In this document: positions 26,059-36,116 of the stretch, piece by piece | Layout of the letters: every line of letters begins with the position of its first letter | How positions within the stretch are numbered: position 1 is the stretch's first letter | Assembly: GCA_020440645.1 (NCBI GenBank) | Contig: JAGRNR010000014.1 | Coordinates: forward strand, 1,294 to 65,293 | Direction: 5' to 3' | DNA length: 64,000 nt | Source: a bacterium | GTDB lineage: Bacteria; 4484-113; JAFGCY01 | Made by a program: the position numbers and the translations under genes | Notes under the pieces: generated by a model | Databases searched by the model: none | What the model was told of the DNA's origin: nothing | What the model saw: the letters and a program-made list of their open reading frames with translations, nothing else

Positions 26059-28335
26059 TTACAGGCCGATCGGCGGAGCCGGATCGGTCGTGGTGCCGCC
26101 GTCATCGTCCACCGGGAAGCCGGGTTCGATGAAGATCGGGCCACCGCCACCGCCGCTGCCGCCGGGGGCGCCGATGGGCCACATCCAGAAGTCCATCTCC
26201 TTGTCGTACATGTCCGGCCAGATGCGGATGAAGATGTCCTCGTAGCCACCCTTCTGGATCAGCAGGTTGTACTCAACCTCAGCCAGCGTGGTGCTGTAGC
26301 GGCCGTTGGAATCGCTCAGCACGTGGCTGAAGTAGCCACCGCCGAGCTGCTCATCAGTCGGGGTGAACACCATGTCAGCGCCGGCGATCGTCGAGTCGTC
26401 AAAGCCGTCATAGACCGTGCCGCTCTTGTTGCCGGTGTTGACGTCCGGGGCCTCATAGGTCTCCAGCACGAGATTCACGTTGCTGGCCTGGCCGTCACGG
26501 ATCTCGACCATGATGCCCTGGGTCAGGTGGCCGTTGCGGTAACCGCTGACCAGCCACTCGCCGGTGGGCACGTTGTCAATCACGAACTCGCCGTTGGAGT
26601 TGGTATAGGTGAAGGGGTCGACGTTTGGCTGCGTGGCGTTCACCAGCGCATCCGGGATCGGGTTGCCATCCTCATCGGTGACACGTCCCTCGACGCTGCC
26701 CACCGGGACCTCCGGCAGGGTGATGGTCACCTCGTTGGCGGCCGCATCCTCCTCGACAGCCACGTCGGCGCTGTAGGAGATGTGGCGGTAGGCGCTGGCG
26801 AACACGTAGTACGGTCCGGCCGGCACGTCCTCGAAGCTGAACTCGCCGTTGTCATCCGCCCAGCCGCTGTAGTAACCGATGAAGTCCGGGGCCACCATCG
26901 AGCTTGAGCGTCCGTTGCGCTGCTCCCAGAGGAAGCGCTGCAGCATGTTGTTGTCAAACTCGCTGCTGTTCTGGCTGTTGCCGTCGCTGTTGGTGCTGCC
27001 CTCGGCGAAGTCCGCCGCGGGGGCCATGAAGCCGTCGTCACTGCCGCCGGTGCTGAAGTCCTCACCGCGGGTCTGCGGCGGGGCCGGTGCACCGAACTCA
27101 TTGAAGATCTCCACGCCGTCCTCGAACATCATGTCGAGGTCCACCGCGCCGGGCACGGCGATACCGCCGCCGAAGCCGCCGCCGAACACGTACTCGACGT
27201 AGGCACCCTTGATCGGGTTGCCATCGCCGTCAACCACCACACCGCTGATGTCGGTGTAGACGATCGGCTGGATCTCAATCTCGAGGTCCAGGTCGCTCGT
27301 GCGGTTGTAGATGTCCTCTGACAGGCTGGCGTTCAGGTAGCCGTCCTTGTAGACGCTGATCCAGGCGCTGTAGCCAGCCACGCCGTCGGGAAACTCGAAG
27401 TTGCCGTCGGCATCGGTGGTCACTTCCTGGTACTGCGGCTCGTAGCGCCAGTAATCCTCATACGGGGCGGAGGTCATCGCCTCACGGCCGTCGCTGCCGC
27501 CGCCGCCGAAGCCGGGCTCGCTCTGGCCGCTGTCCACCACGCCGGTGTCCACGTCATCCCACTTGATGTCGTCCTCGAAGGGCATCGGCATCGGCTCGGG
27601 GATTCCGAAATAACCGGTATCGACCATCATGCTGACGGTGGCATCCGCCACGCCGGCACCGGTCTTGCTGTCCACCACGCGGCCCGTGACGGTGATGCCC
27701 TCGCCGCTGCCGACCTGGCCTTTGCGGGTCAGCTCGATGTTGCGTACGCTGGTGTCACCCTCGGCGATGCGGACCATCGCCATGCCGGGGTAGTAATCTT
27801 CCGTGTTGGCCACGATGTTCCAGGTGCCGGCAGCGACGTTGGAGAAGCTGTAGACACCACCGCTGCTGTGCGTCGTCTGCACGCCGCCGGCCTCGGAGAA
27901 GATGGTCACTTCCACGCCATTGAGGCCCGCACCGGACTTGTCGTCGGTGACGGTACCGCCAAGGCTGCCCGTACCCTCATTCACGGTCGGGTCAAAGCGG
28001 ATCACCAGGTTCTGGTTGTCCAGCGGGACCACGCTGCGGCTGCCGATAACGACGCCGTTGGTGCCGAGCGAAATCTCGTTCTCCGCGTTCACGCCGCGCG
28101 GGAACTGGCCGCGCTGCAGGGTGAAGTTACCGTTCGCATCAGTGCTGATGCCGGTATCCACGCCCTCGACGCGCACCTGCATGTTGCTCAGCGGTGTGCC
28201 GTTGTTTCCGTAGGCGACTGCGGTCATGCGCTCGAAGCTGTCCGGCGGCGTTGCCGGGCCTCCTCCGCCTCCGCAGGATGAAAGTAGCGCGGCAATTGCG
28301 GCCAGCGCCACCCATACGATTTTCACTGTCTTCAT
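26059..28335 (-). CDS. Secreted lipoprotein with multiple CarboxypepD_reg/Cna-B-like beta-sandwich domains, Gly-rich ends
   Basis: 758 aa. GGGAGG RBS. Lipobox LLSSCGGGGG. Recurrent G-x-V-x-D-x-x-G-x-P/A…TDANGNFTL / TDADGNFEF / SNGEFVI / DSNGRYS motifs are typical of the carboxypeptidase-regulatory-like domain. Confidence 0.7.
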   Translation of the reverse strand: MKTVKIVWVALAAIAALLSSCGGGGGPATPPDSFERMTAVAYGNNGTPLSNMQVRVEGVDTGISTDANGNFTLQRGQFPRGVNAENEISLGTNGVVIGSRSVVPLDNQNLVIRFDPTVNEGTGSLGGTVTDDKSGAGLNGVEVTIFSEAGGVQTTHSSGGVYSFSNVAAGTWNIVANTEDYYPGMAMVRIAEGDTSVRNIELTRKGQVGSGEGITVTGRVVDSKTGAGVADATVSMMVDTGYFGIPEPMPMPFEDDIKWDDVDTGVVDSGQSEPGFGGGGSDGREAMTSAPYEDYWRYEPQYQEVTTDADGNFEFPDGVAGYSAWISVYKDGYLNASLSEDIYNRTSDLDLEIEIQPIVYTDISGVVVDGDGNPIKGAYVEYVFGGGFGGGIAVPGAVDLDMMFEDGVEIFNEFGAPAPPQTRGEDFSTGGSDDGFMAPAADFAEGSTNSDGNSQNSSEFDNNMLQRFLWEQRNGRSSSMVAPDFIGYYSGWADDNGEFSFEDVPAGPYYVFASAYRHISYSADVAVEEDAAANEVTITLPEVPVGSVEGRVTDEDGNPIPDALVNATQPNVDPFTYTNSNGEFVIDNVPTGEWLVSGYRNGHLTQGIMVEIRDGQASNVNLVLETYEAPDVNTGNKSGTVYDGFDDSTIAGADMVFTPTDEQLGGGYFSHVLSDSNGRYSTTLAEVEYNLLIQKGGYEDIFIRIWPDMYDKEMDFWMWPIGAPGGSGGGGGPIFIEPGFPVDDDGGTTTDPAPPIGL

Positions 28336-28500
28336 GTAGTACCTCCCGCAGTACTAAAAGAGCGATGCGTGCCATTGGGCACGGGATACAGTCTGCACTA
28401 CAGGCGTATTCTATCCGGTTACCACAGTTTGTGGGGTACCAGTTGGCCAGTTTTTGCGGGTAACCGGTCCAATCCAGTCTGGATCAGGCCTCAGGCCCCG

Positions 28501-29436
28501 TCAGACCCCCAGCCTGGTATCGACCGCTTCCTGCTGGACACCATTATGGCTGTTGAATTCCTCCGGATGCAGTTCCTGCTGGATCGAGGCCCCCATTTCC
28601 GCCCCGAACAGCACGATGCTCGATGAGAAGTAGATCCAGATCATCAGCACGATGAATCCCGCCATCGGGCCGTACAGCGTGGTGAACACTCCGCCGGCCA
28701 GCACCAGCCGGGTGAACAGGAACTTGCTGAGGTACCAGAAAAGCCCGACCGGCACCGCCACAGCGAGGGACACTTTCCAGGGCACGCGGCGTGTGGGCAG
28801 GTACTGGTAGATCAGGAACACGACGAAACAGGCCGCCAGCGCCGGCACGCTGTCCGTGATGAACAGCCACAGTCCGTCCAGCCGGAAGCCGAGGAAGGCC
28901 GGTACCAGGTTCTCCAGGTTGCGTAGTGCCGTGCCCAGCATGATGAACAGCCCGGTCAGCGCACCTGCGGCAATGAACAACACGATGGATACGAGCTTGC
29001 TGCGCAGGAAGGGCCGCACCTGGCTGCCGCCCCAGGCCCGGGTCAGCATCACCTGCAGGATCTCATAGAAGCGGATGCCGGCCCACAGGAAGGACAGGAT
29101 ACCGACACCGGCCCCTGCGATGTTCACGCCCTCGGCGCTGATCTTGCTCACGCGGTCGCGCAGCATCACGATCGCATCCGGCAGCAGGTAGGGCCTGAGC
29201 ACCGCTTCGAGGCTGTTGTAGACATCCACGCTCGGGCCGACGATCTGGGTCAGGATCACGAGTGCGAGGTAGGACAGCGGGATCACGGAGATCACCACGA
29301 AGAATGACAGCGCGGCCGACATGAACATGCAGCCATGCAGGTGGTAGGCGTCGATCGCACGCAGCAGGATCCTGCCGCTGGAGTGTTCCAGCATTTCACT
29401 TCGCAGCTTCTGTGGCAGTCCGAAAAGGCGTTGCAT
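28501..29436 (-). CDS. YihY/BrkB family membrane protein
   Basis: 311 aa, 6 TM. Conserved N-terminal LLRAIDAYHLHGCMFMSAALSFFVVISVIPL and the C-terminal YGPMAGFIVLMIWIYFSSSIVLFGAE are characteristic of YihY/BrkB. Confidence 0.75.
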   Translation of the reverse strand: MQRLFGLPQKLRSEMLEHSSGRILLRAIDAYHLHGCMFMSAALSFFVVISVIPLSYLALVILTQIVGPSVDVYNSLEAVLRPYLLPDAIVMLRDRVSKISAEGVNIAGAGVGILSFLWAGIRFYEILQVMLTRAWGGSQVRPFLRSKLVSIVLFIAAGALTGLFIMLGTALRNLENLVPAFLGFRLDGLWLFITDSVPALAACFVVFLIYQYLPTRRVPWKVSLAVAVPVGLFWYLSKFLFTRLVLAGGVFTTLYGPMAGFIVLMIWIYFSSSIVLFGAEMGASIQQELHPEEFNSHNGVQQEAVDTRLGV

Positions 29437-29471
29437 GCGTAGTCCCGCGACCCCGCAATTATCGCAGGCGG

Positions 29472-29891
29472 ATGTCTCAGGAGCTCCGTCCCGCGCTATC
29501 GTTATCAGCGATGTCAGTTGAAACCATGCTGCCCGTCCTGATCAGCCAGCTCGAAGGCGGGCGCTCGCTCAACATATATGGGCTGATGCACCATGACGCC
29601 GAGCAGTACGAGAACGGCGAGCTGTTCGGCAGCGGCCGCAAGGCGCTCCTGCAGCTGCACCGCGAATTCCGCGAGGGCGTGAAGGGCTACCGCGGCGTCG
29701 TGCTGGACAGCCGCATTGAGGGGGACATCGCCTACCTGCACGTGCGCTACGAATTCACCGAGTCCGACGGCCAGCAGTACAGCATCCCCGGCATCCATGA
29801 ACTGCACTGGCAGGGCAACATGGTCAAGCGTGAGGACTTCTGGGTGGAGAAGCATTACGCGAAGAAGCGCAAGCAACTGTTTCCCGGCTAG
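29472..29891 (+). CDS. Hypothetical NTF2/SnoaL-like small protein
   Basis: ORF 29412..29891. Internal ATGs at 29472 or 29511 avoid overlap with the divergent yihY start. The sequence pattern (…YLHVRYEFTESDGQQYSIPGIHELHWQGNMVKREDFW) suggests a cone-shaped alpha+beta barrel fold. Weak. Confidence 0.4.
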   Translation: MSQELRPALSLSAMSVETMLPVLISQLEGGRSLNIYGLMHHDAEQYENGELFGSGRKALLQLHREFREGVKGYRGVVLDSRIEGDIAYLHVRYEFTESDGQQYSIPGIHELHWQGNMVKREDFWVEKHYAKKRKQLFPG

Positions 29892-32839
29892 CCAGCCTGG
29901 ATCGCAGAACCCAGCAGCTGCCGTCCTAGCGCGTCCAAGGTAGAGTCCTGCGGCTCCGGTATCCGCTCCATGCCCTCGGCCAGTTCGTCAAGGTGCATCT
30001 GTTCCACACGGGCCAGCGTCGCACCCTTCGCCGTCCAGGCAGAGATCGCCGCCACGATCCGCTCAACCCCTGCATTGTCATCCTGCTCCCTTAAATACAG
30101 CCCGCAGACCAGCAGCGCCGTTGCCAGCAGGCGCTCGCCGCCGAGCTCCAGCGCATCCGCCAGCGCGGAGCTGAGCAGGGAATCCAGCGAATCGCGCCGG
30201 CCGAGCCTGAGGCTGGCGGCCGCAATGTCACACAGGCATGCAGCGATGCCGTAGCGGTCATCCAGCTCCCGCGAGATCGCCATGCTGCGTTCGGCGTACT
30301 CCAGTGCCTTTTCGAAGTCCCCGGTGACATAGCTCACCAGTCCCATGTTGCCAAGGCAGTGGGCCACGCCGCGCCGGTCTGCCAGGTCCTCACGGATCGC
30401 GCGGCTGCGCTCCAAAAGCTCCAGCGCGCGGGCGAAGTTGTCAATCCGGTACTCCGTTAGGCCCTGGTTGTTGAGCGAGCCGGCCAGGCTGTAGCGCTCG
30501 CCAAGTTCCTCCTGGATCGCGATCGCCTCATCCTGCATGCGCTGTGCATCACGGTACCGGCCCTCGGCACGGGCAATCAGCGCCAGCCCGGTCAGTGCCG
30601 CTGCGATGCCGTACTGGTTGCCGATCCCGCTGTCGGTGTCCAGCGCCTGCTGGTACAGCCGCCGCGCGTTGCCACGGTCACCGCTGCGCAGGTAGACGCT
30701 CGCCAGACTGATGCTGGCGGAGGCGTATGTCCACAGGTCGCCGCCGTCACAGGCATCGCTCATCGCACGCACGAAGTCCATCTTCGCGCCTACGTTGTCA
30801 CCGGCCGCGCGGTTGACGCAGCCTGACAGCCAGCAGGCCAGCGCGCGGCTTTCGAGGTCCTCGCTCTCCAGCAGCAGGCCGGCCAGCTCGCGCAGTACAC
30901 GGCGCGCCGCCGGCAGGTGCCCGTCACGTTCCAGCACGCGGGCCAGCCCGAGCAGCACCTGCACCTTCAGTTCATCACTGCCGCTGCGCTCGACATATTC
31001 ATGCAGGCGGCGGAACCACTGCAGCTGCTCCCGCTGGCGCGTTGCCATTTCCTGGAAGCGCGCCAGGTAGCGCACCAGCGGAGCCAGCAGCTCATTGTCA
31101 GAAAGGCGGATCGCGGTCTCGATCGCGAGGTAGAAGTTCTCCGTCTCCGGCCTGAGCCGCGCCAGGGCCTCGATCTGCCCGGCCCCCTTGAGCTGCTCAC
31201 CGAGCCGCGCGATCAGCCGGCTGTAGCTCGCCGCATGTGCCCTGAGCACCTCGTCCTGCCGGCCGCTGGCTTCCAGCTGCTCGTTGGCAAAGCGCCGCGA
31301 GGCGGCATCACGCATCATGAAGCGCGTCTGGGAGCCGCTCCTGCGGCTGACCAGCCAGCTGCGGTCCACCAGCGCGCTGAGCTGCATGCGGGTCACGCCG
31401 GGCAGCACCTCAGACAGCTGTTCATGGCTGAAGCCGCCGCGGAACACGCTCAGGCCCTGCAGCAGCTCCTGCTGCTGCGTTGTCAGGTGCCCGTAGCTCC
31501 ATTCGCAGGAGGCGCGCACGCTGGAGTGGCGCTGCGGCATGTCGCTGTGGCGCGACTGCAGGTCCAAAAGCCCGCCCAGTTCATCGCGCAGTTCCTCGAG
31601 GCTGAAGCTGTCCAGCCAGGCCGCCGCCAGCTCGATCGCCAGCGGCACCCCCTCCAGGCGGTGGCAGACCTGCTGGACCAGCAAGGCGTTGTCAGCATCT
31701 AGCTCGAAGTCCGGGTCGGCCTGCTGCGCGCGGTCCACGAACAGCGCGATCGCCTCACCCGGCTCATGCAGCATGTCCGCCGGCGGGATGCCGAGCGGCT
31801 CGATGCGCAGCAACTGCTCGCGGCGCAGGTGCAGCGGCACGATGCTCGTCACGAGGATGCTCACGCGCGGCGCTTCCCGCAGGATGCGGTCCACCAGCGG
31901 TGCGGCATCGGTGATGTGTTCGAAGTTGTCAAGGTAGAGCAGGAGCTCGCGCTGGGCAAGGAAGTCCACCAGCTGGTCCTCTGGGGCGCGGCTGCCGTGG
32001 AAGCTGAAGCCCAGTGCGTCCGCGATCGCCGAGACCACGCGGCTGGCGTCCCCGAGGCTGGACAGCAGCACCTCACAGGCACCGTGCTCGAAATGCTCCA
32101 GCAGCTCGGCGCAGCACTGCGCGGCCAGCCGGCTCTTGCCGTAGCCCGGCGGGCCGACGATGCTCACCAGCCGGCGCTCGCCATCCGTCAGCATCCGCCG
32201 CAGGCTGTCCAGTTCATCTCGCCGCCCGACGAAAGTGCCGGCCTGTTCCGACAGCCGCCCCTTCAGGCTGCCGACGGTCGGCAGCGGAGGGAACTCACTC
32301 TGGCCGAAGTCCGCATGCACGACCTGCACCAGCTCCTCCGGCTCACCGAGGTCCCGCAGGCGCTGCATGCCGAGGTTGATGCTGGCCAGCCCAAGCGGCA
32401 GGTCGCCGGACAGGCCGTCCAGCAGTTCGCGGGACACCAGCAGCTGGCCGGGATGGCAGCACTGGCAGATGCGCGCGGCCCGGTTCAGGGGTGGGCCGAA
32501 CCACTCGCCGCCGCTGGACAGCTGGCGCAGCCGGCCGCCATGCGCCACCACGCGCATCCTGAGTGGTGAATTATCCGGCAGCAGGCCCAGCCCCTCCACC
32601 GAGCGCTGCAGCTCGACGGCGCAGCGCAGGCAGGCATCGGCACTGGCGAACAGCAGCAGGTAGCCGTCTCCGAGGTTCTTGTGCAGCACCCCGCCCTGGG
32701 CCGCCACCTGTTCCTCGATCATGCGGTTGTGCGCATCCAGCAGGCGCGGGTAGTCGGACGGGAAGTCCTCCCACAGCCGTGAGGATGATGCGATGTCCGT
32801 GATCAGGATGTAGTGCTGCTGCAGCGATGCCGAATCCAC
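29888..32839 (-). CDS. Adenylate/guanylate cyclase (class III) - STAND/AAA ATPase - TPR multidomain signalling protein
   Basis: 983 aa. N-terminal cyclase homology domain (ILITDIASSSRLWEDF…NLGDGYLLLF…GPPLNRAARI). Walker A is VSIVGPPGYGKSRLA. The C-terminus carries repeated TPR-like helices (…ALEYAERSMAISRELDDRYGIAACL…). Confidence 0.8.
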   Translation of the reverse strand: MDSASLQQHYILITDIASSSRLWEDFPSDYPRLLDAHNRMIEEQVAAQGGVLHKNLGDGYLLLFASADACLRCAVELQRSVEGLGLLPDNSPLRMRVVAHGGRLRQLSSGGEWFGPPLNRAARICQCCHPGQLLVSRELLDGLSGDLPLGLASINLGMQRLRDLGEPEELVQVVHADFGQSEFPPLPTVGSLKGRLSEQAGTFVGRRDELDSLRRMLTDGERRLVSIVGPPGYGKSRLAAQCCAELLEHFEHGACEVLLSSLGDASRVVSAIADALGFSFHGSRAPEDQLVDFLAQRELLLYLDNFEHITDAAPLVDRILREAPRVSILVTSIVPLHLRREQLLRIEPLGIPPADMLHEPGEAIALFVDRAQQADPDFELDADNALLVQQVCHRLEGVPLAIELAAAWLDSFSLEELRDELGGLLDLQSRHSDMPQRHSSVRASCEWSYGHLTTQQQELLQGLSVFRGGFSHEQLSEVLPGVTRMQLSALVDRSWLVSRRSGSQTRFMMRDAASRRFANEQLEASGRQDEVLRAHAASYSRLIARLGEQLKGAGQIEALARLRPETENFYLAIETAIRLSDNELLAPLVRYLARFQEMATRQREQLQWFRRLHEYVERSGSDELKVQVLLGLARVLERDGHLPAARRVLRELAGLLLESEDLESRALACWLSGCVNRAAGDNVGAKMDFVRAMSDACDGGDLWTYASASISLASVYLRSGDRGNARRLYQQALDTDSGIGNQYGIAAALTGLALIARAEGRYRDAQRMQDEAIAIQEELGERYSLAGSLNNQGLTEYRIDNFARALELLERSRAIREDLADRRGVAHCLGNMGLVSYVTGDFEKALEYAERSMAISRELDDRYGIAACLCDIAAASLRLGRRDSLDSLLSSALADALELGGERLLATALLVCGLYLREQDDNAGVERIVAAISAWTAKGATLARVEQMHLDELAEGMERIPEPQDSTLDALGRQLLGSAIQAG

Positions 32840-32922
32840 TCAATTGGTCCATGGCCCAGGCCGGGCCGCCTGTAATTGTAGTACCGGCCCGTACCAGCCC
32901 ACCAGGTTTTGCAGTTTGGCAA

Positions 32923-33927
32923 TCAGCCTGCGGCGAAGATCCGCTTGCGGCGCTCCAGCACGTCGTTGCAGGCATCGAGCACGCCCTTGACGTTCAGGCC
33001 CGCGAGGTCCATCAGCTCATACGGGTCGCCGCTGGAGAGGTACATGTCGCGCACCGCCACCAGGCGCACCGGCACGAGGTTCTCGCCCTCCGCCATCACC
33101 GTCGCCACCGTGCTGCCCATGCTGCCGTAGTAGCTGACTTCCTCGGCCACCACGATGCCGCCGGTCTCGCCCGCCGCCGCTGCAATCGCTTCGCGGTCGA
33201 TCGGCTTGACGCTGCTCATGTTGAGCACTCGCGCGGAAATGCCCTGCTCTGCCAGCTGCTCAGCAGCCAGGATGCAGCGTGAGAGCATCAGGCCATGCCC
33301 GATGATCGTGATGTCAGTGCCCTCGAGCACCTTGGTGGCCTTGCCGAAGTTGAAGGGCGTACCCTCACTGGAGATCAGCGGCACCTTCTCGCGGCCGATG
33401 CGGCTGTACATCGGGCCGTACCACTCCGCCATGAACTTGGTGCACTTGAGCGTCTCCCAGTAGTCCGTGGGGTAGATCAGCGCGGTGTTCACCAGCGGCT
33501 GGATGCAGGAGCAGTCCTCGGAGGACTGGTGCGTCGGGCCGTCCTTGCCGACGGAGATGCCGCCGTGCGCGGCGGTGATCTTCACGTTGCAGTAGGAGTA
33601 GTCCACCGTGTTGCGGATCTGGTCCCAGGAACGGCCGGCGAGGAACATCGAGTAGCTCGCGAGGTAGGGGATGAAGCCCTGCTTGGCGAGGCCCGCCGCC
33701 GTGTTGATCATGTCGTTCTCGCTGATGCCGCACTCGAAGAAGCGGCCGGGATAGCGGTCGCGGAAGAACTTCGTGTAGGTGGACTCCGCGAGGTCGGCGT
33801 CGAGCACAACGACCTTCTCGTTCGTCTCGCCGAGCGCCAGCAGCGCATCACCGAAGCCCTCGCGCGTGAGCTTGTCCTCCCAGGCGGAGCTGGGCTTGTA
33901 ACCGTTCAGATAGTTGAGTTGTGCCAT
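32923..33927 (-). CDS. Transketolase C-terminal subunit (split transketolase, Pyr-binding plus C-terminal domains)
   Basis: 334 aa. MAQLNYLNGYKPSSAWEDKLTREGFGDALLALGE…GISENDMINTAAGLA…HGGISVGKDGPTHQSSEDCSCIQPL matches transketolase family C-terminal section genes. Confidence 0.85.
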   Translation of the reverse strand: MAQLNYLNGYKPSSAWEDKLTREGFGDALLALGETNEKVVVLDADLAESTYTKFFRDRYPGRFFECGISENDMINTAAGLAKQGFIPYLASYSMFLAGRSWDQIRNTVDYSYCNVKITAAHGGISVGKDGPTHQSSEDCSCIQPLVNTALIYPTDYWETLKCTKFMAEWYGPMYSRIGREKVPLISSEGTPFNFGKATKVLEGTDITIIGHGLMLSRCILAAEQLAEQGISARVLNMSSVKPIDREAIAAAAGETGGIVVAEEVSYYGSMGSTVATVMAEGENLVPVRLVAVRDMYLSSGDPYELMDLAGLNVKGVLDACNDVLERRKRIFAAG

Positions 33928-34039
33928 TGTCTTGTCCTGCCGTTCGCAGCGGCAGGAAGATTATATAAGGTGCGGTGGAGCTACCCGCTTCAGCGGTAGG
34001 AGGCCAGGCTGTTAGCCTGGCGGCGGGATGGGGGATGCC

Positions 34040-34136
34040 GAGCAATGAAGCATGAGTCCTGAGCAATGAGCCAATCCTGACTGAGCTAACTTCGATGCAA
34101 CATGGACTCATTGCTCAATCTTCATTGCTCATTGCT
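34040..34136. repeat. Family B hairpin (GAGCAATGA)n between the transketolase-C gene and the inserted hydrolase gene
   Basis: GAGCAATGAAGCATGAGTCCTGAGCAATGAGCC … GGACTCATTGCTCAATCTTCATTGCTCATTGCT. Confidence 0.7.
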
Positions 34137-34137
34137 T

Positions 34138-35130
34138 TCAGTCCTTCAGCCGTGACTCAAGCCAGGCGTAGGCATGCTCCCGCATCTCGGGAGTGAACAC
34201 ATGTCCGCCTTCGTAGATCTTCAGTTCCACATCCTGCGCAGGGTAACTGGCCCTGATGTAATCAGCGAGCGCTTGTGCACCAAAGCTGTACTTGTCCTGC
34301 GTCGTTGCCGAGATCAGCGTAGAGCAATTGTCAAACAGGCCGACCACATCCCCGATATCACCCCAGCTGGCAATCCCTGGAATGGCAAACTCCATCTGGA
34401 TACCAATGTCCTTCTCAAGTGATGCCGCATAGGAAACACAGCGGCAGTTGGACACCGTTGCCTTGATGCGATTGTCAAATGCCGGATACCAGAGCGCCAT
34501 CTGCCCGCCATAGGAATGGCCGATGAAACCGATTCTGCCAGCATCAACTTCAGGAAGCGTGCTTAAGTAATCAATAGCCGCAGAAATATCGTGAACCACC
34601 TTTGCATTCAATGAGGATCCCTGAACCAGCCGGGCGGTGAACTCCCTGTACGCTGTGCCGCCTGTATTGCTGGTGTCATTGCGCTCTTCAAAACCAATCG
34701 CATCCGGCGCAATGACAACATATCCCCGCTCGGCAAGCTCCTTTGCATAGCACTGATCCGGGTCCCCTGCCAGGCCGACCACCTCACTCTTGCCAAGCTC
34801 AAAATTGCCGGCATGCTGGTGATGGGCGAATACTGCTGGCAGCCTTCCTTCAAGCTTCGGCAGCAGCAGATAGGTAGGAATCCGTTCGCCATCTTCCGAA
34901 GAGTATTCAACTTTCCGCTCTATATATGAACCCTTGTCTTCCTCAGCCAGGACAACTGGCTCGAGTGCTGCCTTGCCAGGGAATTCGCCGAGGAGCTTCA
35001 GGAGTTCTTGCTTCTTCATGGCCTGATTGTAGCCCAGCCGCTCAGACCCGTCCCGTACTGGATGTCCGTCGGCGATTGAGGATCTCGGATCTTGGTTGTT
35101 GGGAGTAGCAGATAGTGGTTCGATCTCCAT
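34138..35130 (-). CDS. Alpha/beta hydrolase (dienelactone-hydrolase-like)
   Basis: 330 aa (the start may be the internal MKKQELLKLL). Nucleophile elbow is GHSYGG. HHQHAGNFELGKSE follows the DLH-like pattern. Lies between the split transketolase genes. Confidence 0.6.
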   Translation of the reverse strand: MEIEPLSATPNNQDPRSSIADGHPVRDGSERLGYNQAMKKQELLKLLGEFPGKAALEPVVLAEEDKGSYIERKVEYSSEDGERIPTYLLLPKLEGRLPAVFAHHQHAGNFELGKSEVVGLAGDPDQCYAKELAERGYVVIAPDAIGFEERNDTSNTGGTAYREFTARLVQGSSLNAKVVHDISAAIDYLSTLPEVDAGRIGFIGHSYGGQMALWYPAFDNRIKATVSNCRCVSYAASLEKDIGIQMEFAIPGIASWGDIGDVVGLFDNCSTLISATTQDKYSFGAQALADYIRASYPAQDVELKIYEGGHVFTPEMREHAYAWLESRLKD

Positions 35131-35168
35131 CCTATTCTGCTACACCCCAGGTCCCAGCTCCTATATCC

Positions 35169-36116
35169 TCACAGGCCGTATTGCCAGAAGGTCACCACAT
35201 TCCCCGCCGGGTCAGCCACGCTGAACCACTGCAGGTCTGCAGGCTCGCCCTGCAGCTCCTCCGGCTCAGCTCCGCTGGCAACGAGCCGTGCATGCTCGGC
35301 GGCGATGTCGAGGCATTCGAAGCACAGGCGCAGGGGTGCCGGATCACTGCCCTCCGGGTTGCCACCGCCCCACCAGCCGGCCCAGTCCATCAGGCCGACG
35401 AAGCGCCCCTCATCTGACAGCTTCAGGGCCTTGTAGACGCTGCCATGTTCCTGCACCACCCTGAATGCAAGGCGCTGCGTGTACCACTCCGTCGCCTCAT
35501 CAATGTTGCCAACGAACACCAGCGCTTCGCCCATGCCGTAGCGGCTGGATGCCGGAGCCTGTGCCGCATGCGCCTCCACGGCCTGCGTGGCAGCCACGTC
35601 ACTGCTGGCATCCTGCCAGATGATCAGTGGCTCGCCGTACTTATGCCTGATGCCGATGGTCTGCATCGACTCATCGCCCGTGATCTCCGTGCAGTCGTTG
35701 CCAAGTGCGATCAGCCGCGCGCGGTCCGTGGCCAGGTCCATGCTCTGGAAGCTCAGGTTGGCAGCCGGTGTCGGCCCGCCGGGTTCGAATCCCTCGGCCC
35801 ACTGTGCAGCGACGAGTGACATCTGGTAGGCATTGTCACAGCTGATGGATGCGTACTGGTCGCCGAATTCGAACATCACGGTCCAGCCCAGCCTGTCACG
35901 GTAAAAGTCCCGGCAGGCGGTCCAGTCCTCGGCGTAGCAAACCACCTCAGCGACCTGCAGGCGGTGGGCATCATTGCTCTTCTGTGCATCCATGGAAGCC
36001 TCCTGGGCGAAAGCGCATAGTGTAAATGACAACAGATAGCTGGCAGCGAAGGCCGTAAGGTATATGCAGGTCAGTCTATTCACAGCGGACTCCTGAATGC
36101 TCGATTGTTCCCCCAA
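35169..36116 (-). CDS. Secreted tandem VOC-family (glyoxalase/bleomycin-resistance/dioxygenase fold) protein
   Basis: 315 aa with signal peptide. Two repeats of the beta-alpha-beta-beta-beta VOC pattern (…CRDFYRDRLGWTVMFEFGDQYASIS… and …ATEWYTQRLAFRVVQEHGSVYKALKLSDE…). Confidence 0.55.
   Translation of the reverse strand: MGEQSSIQESAVNRLTCIYLTAFAASYLLSFTLCAFAQEASMDAQKSNDAHRLQVAEVVCYAEDWTACRDFYRDRLGWTVMFEFGDQYASISCDNAYQMSLVAAQWAEGFEPGGPTPAANLSFQSMDLATDRARLIALGNDCTEITGDESMQTIGIRHKYGEPLIIWQDASSDVAATQAVEAHAAQAPASSRYGMGEALVFVGNIDEATEWYTQRLAFRVVQEHGSVYKALKLSDEGRFVGLMDWAGWWGGGNPEGSDPAPLRLCFECLDIAAEHARLVASGAEPEELQGEPADLQWFSVADPAGNVVTFWQYGL

Noticed and set aside
25854-26132. Plus-strand ORF of 92 aa spanning the family B hairpin
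   Set aside because: Its translation (…LIAHHSFLIAQP…) simply reads through the CTCATTGCT repeats, with no start context. It is a repeat artefact.
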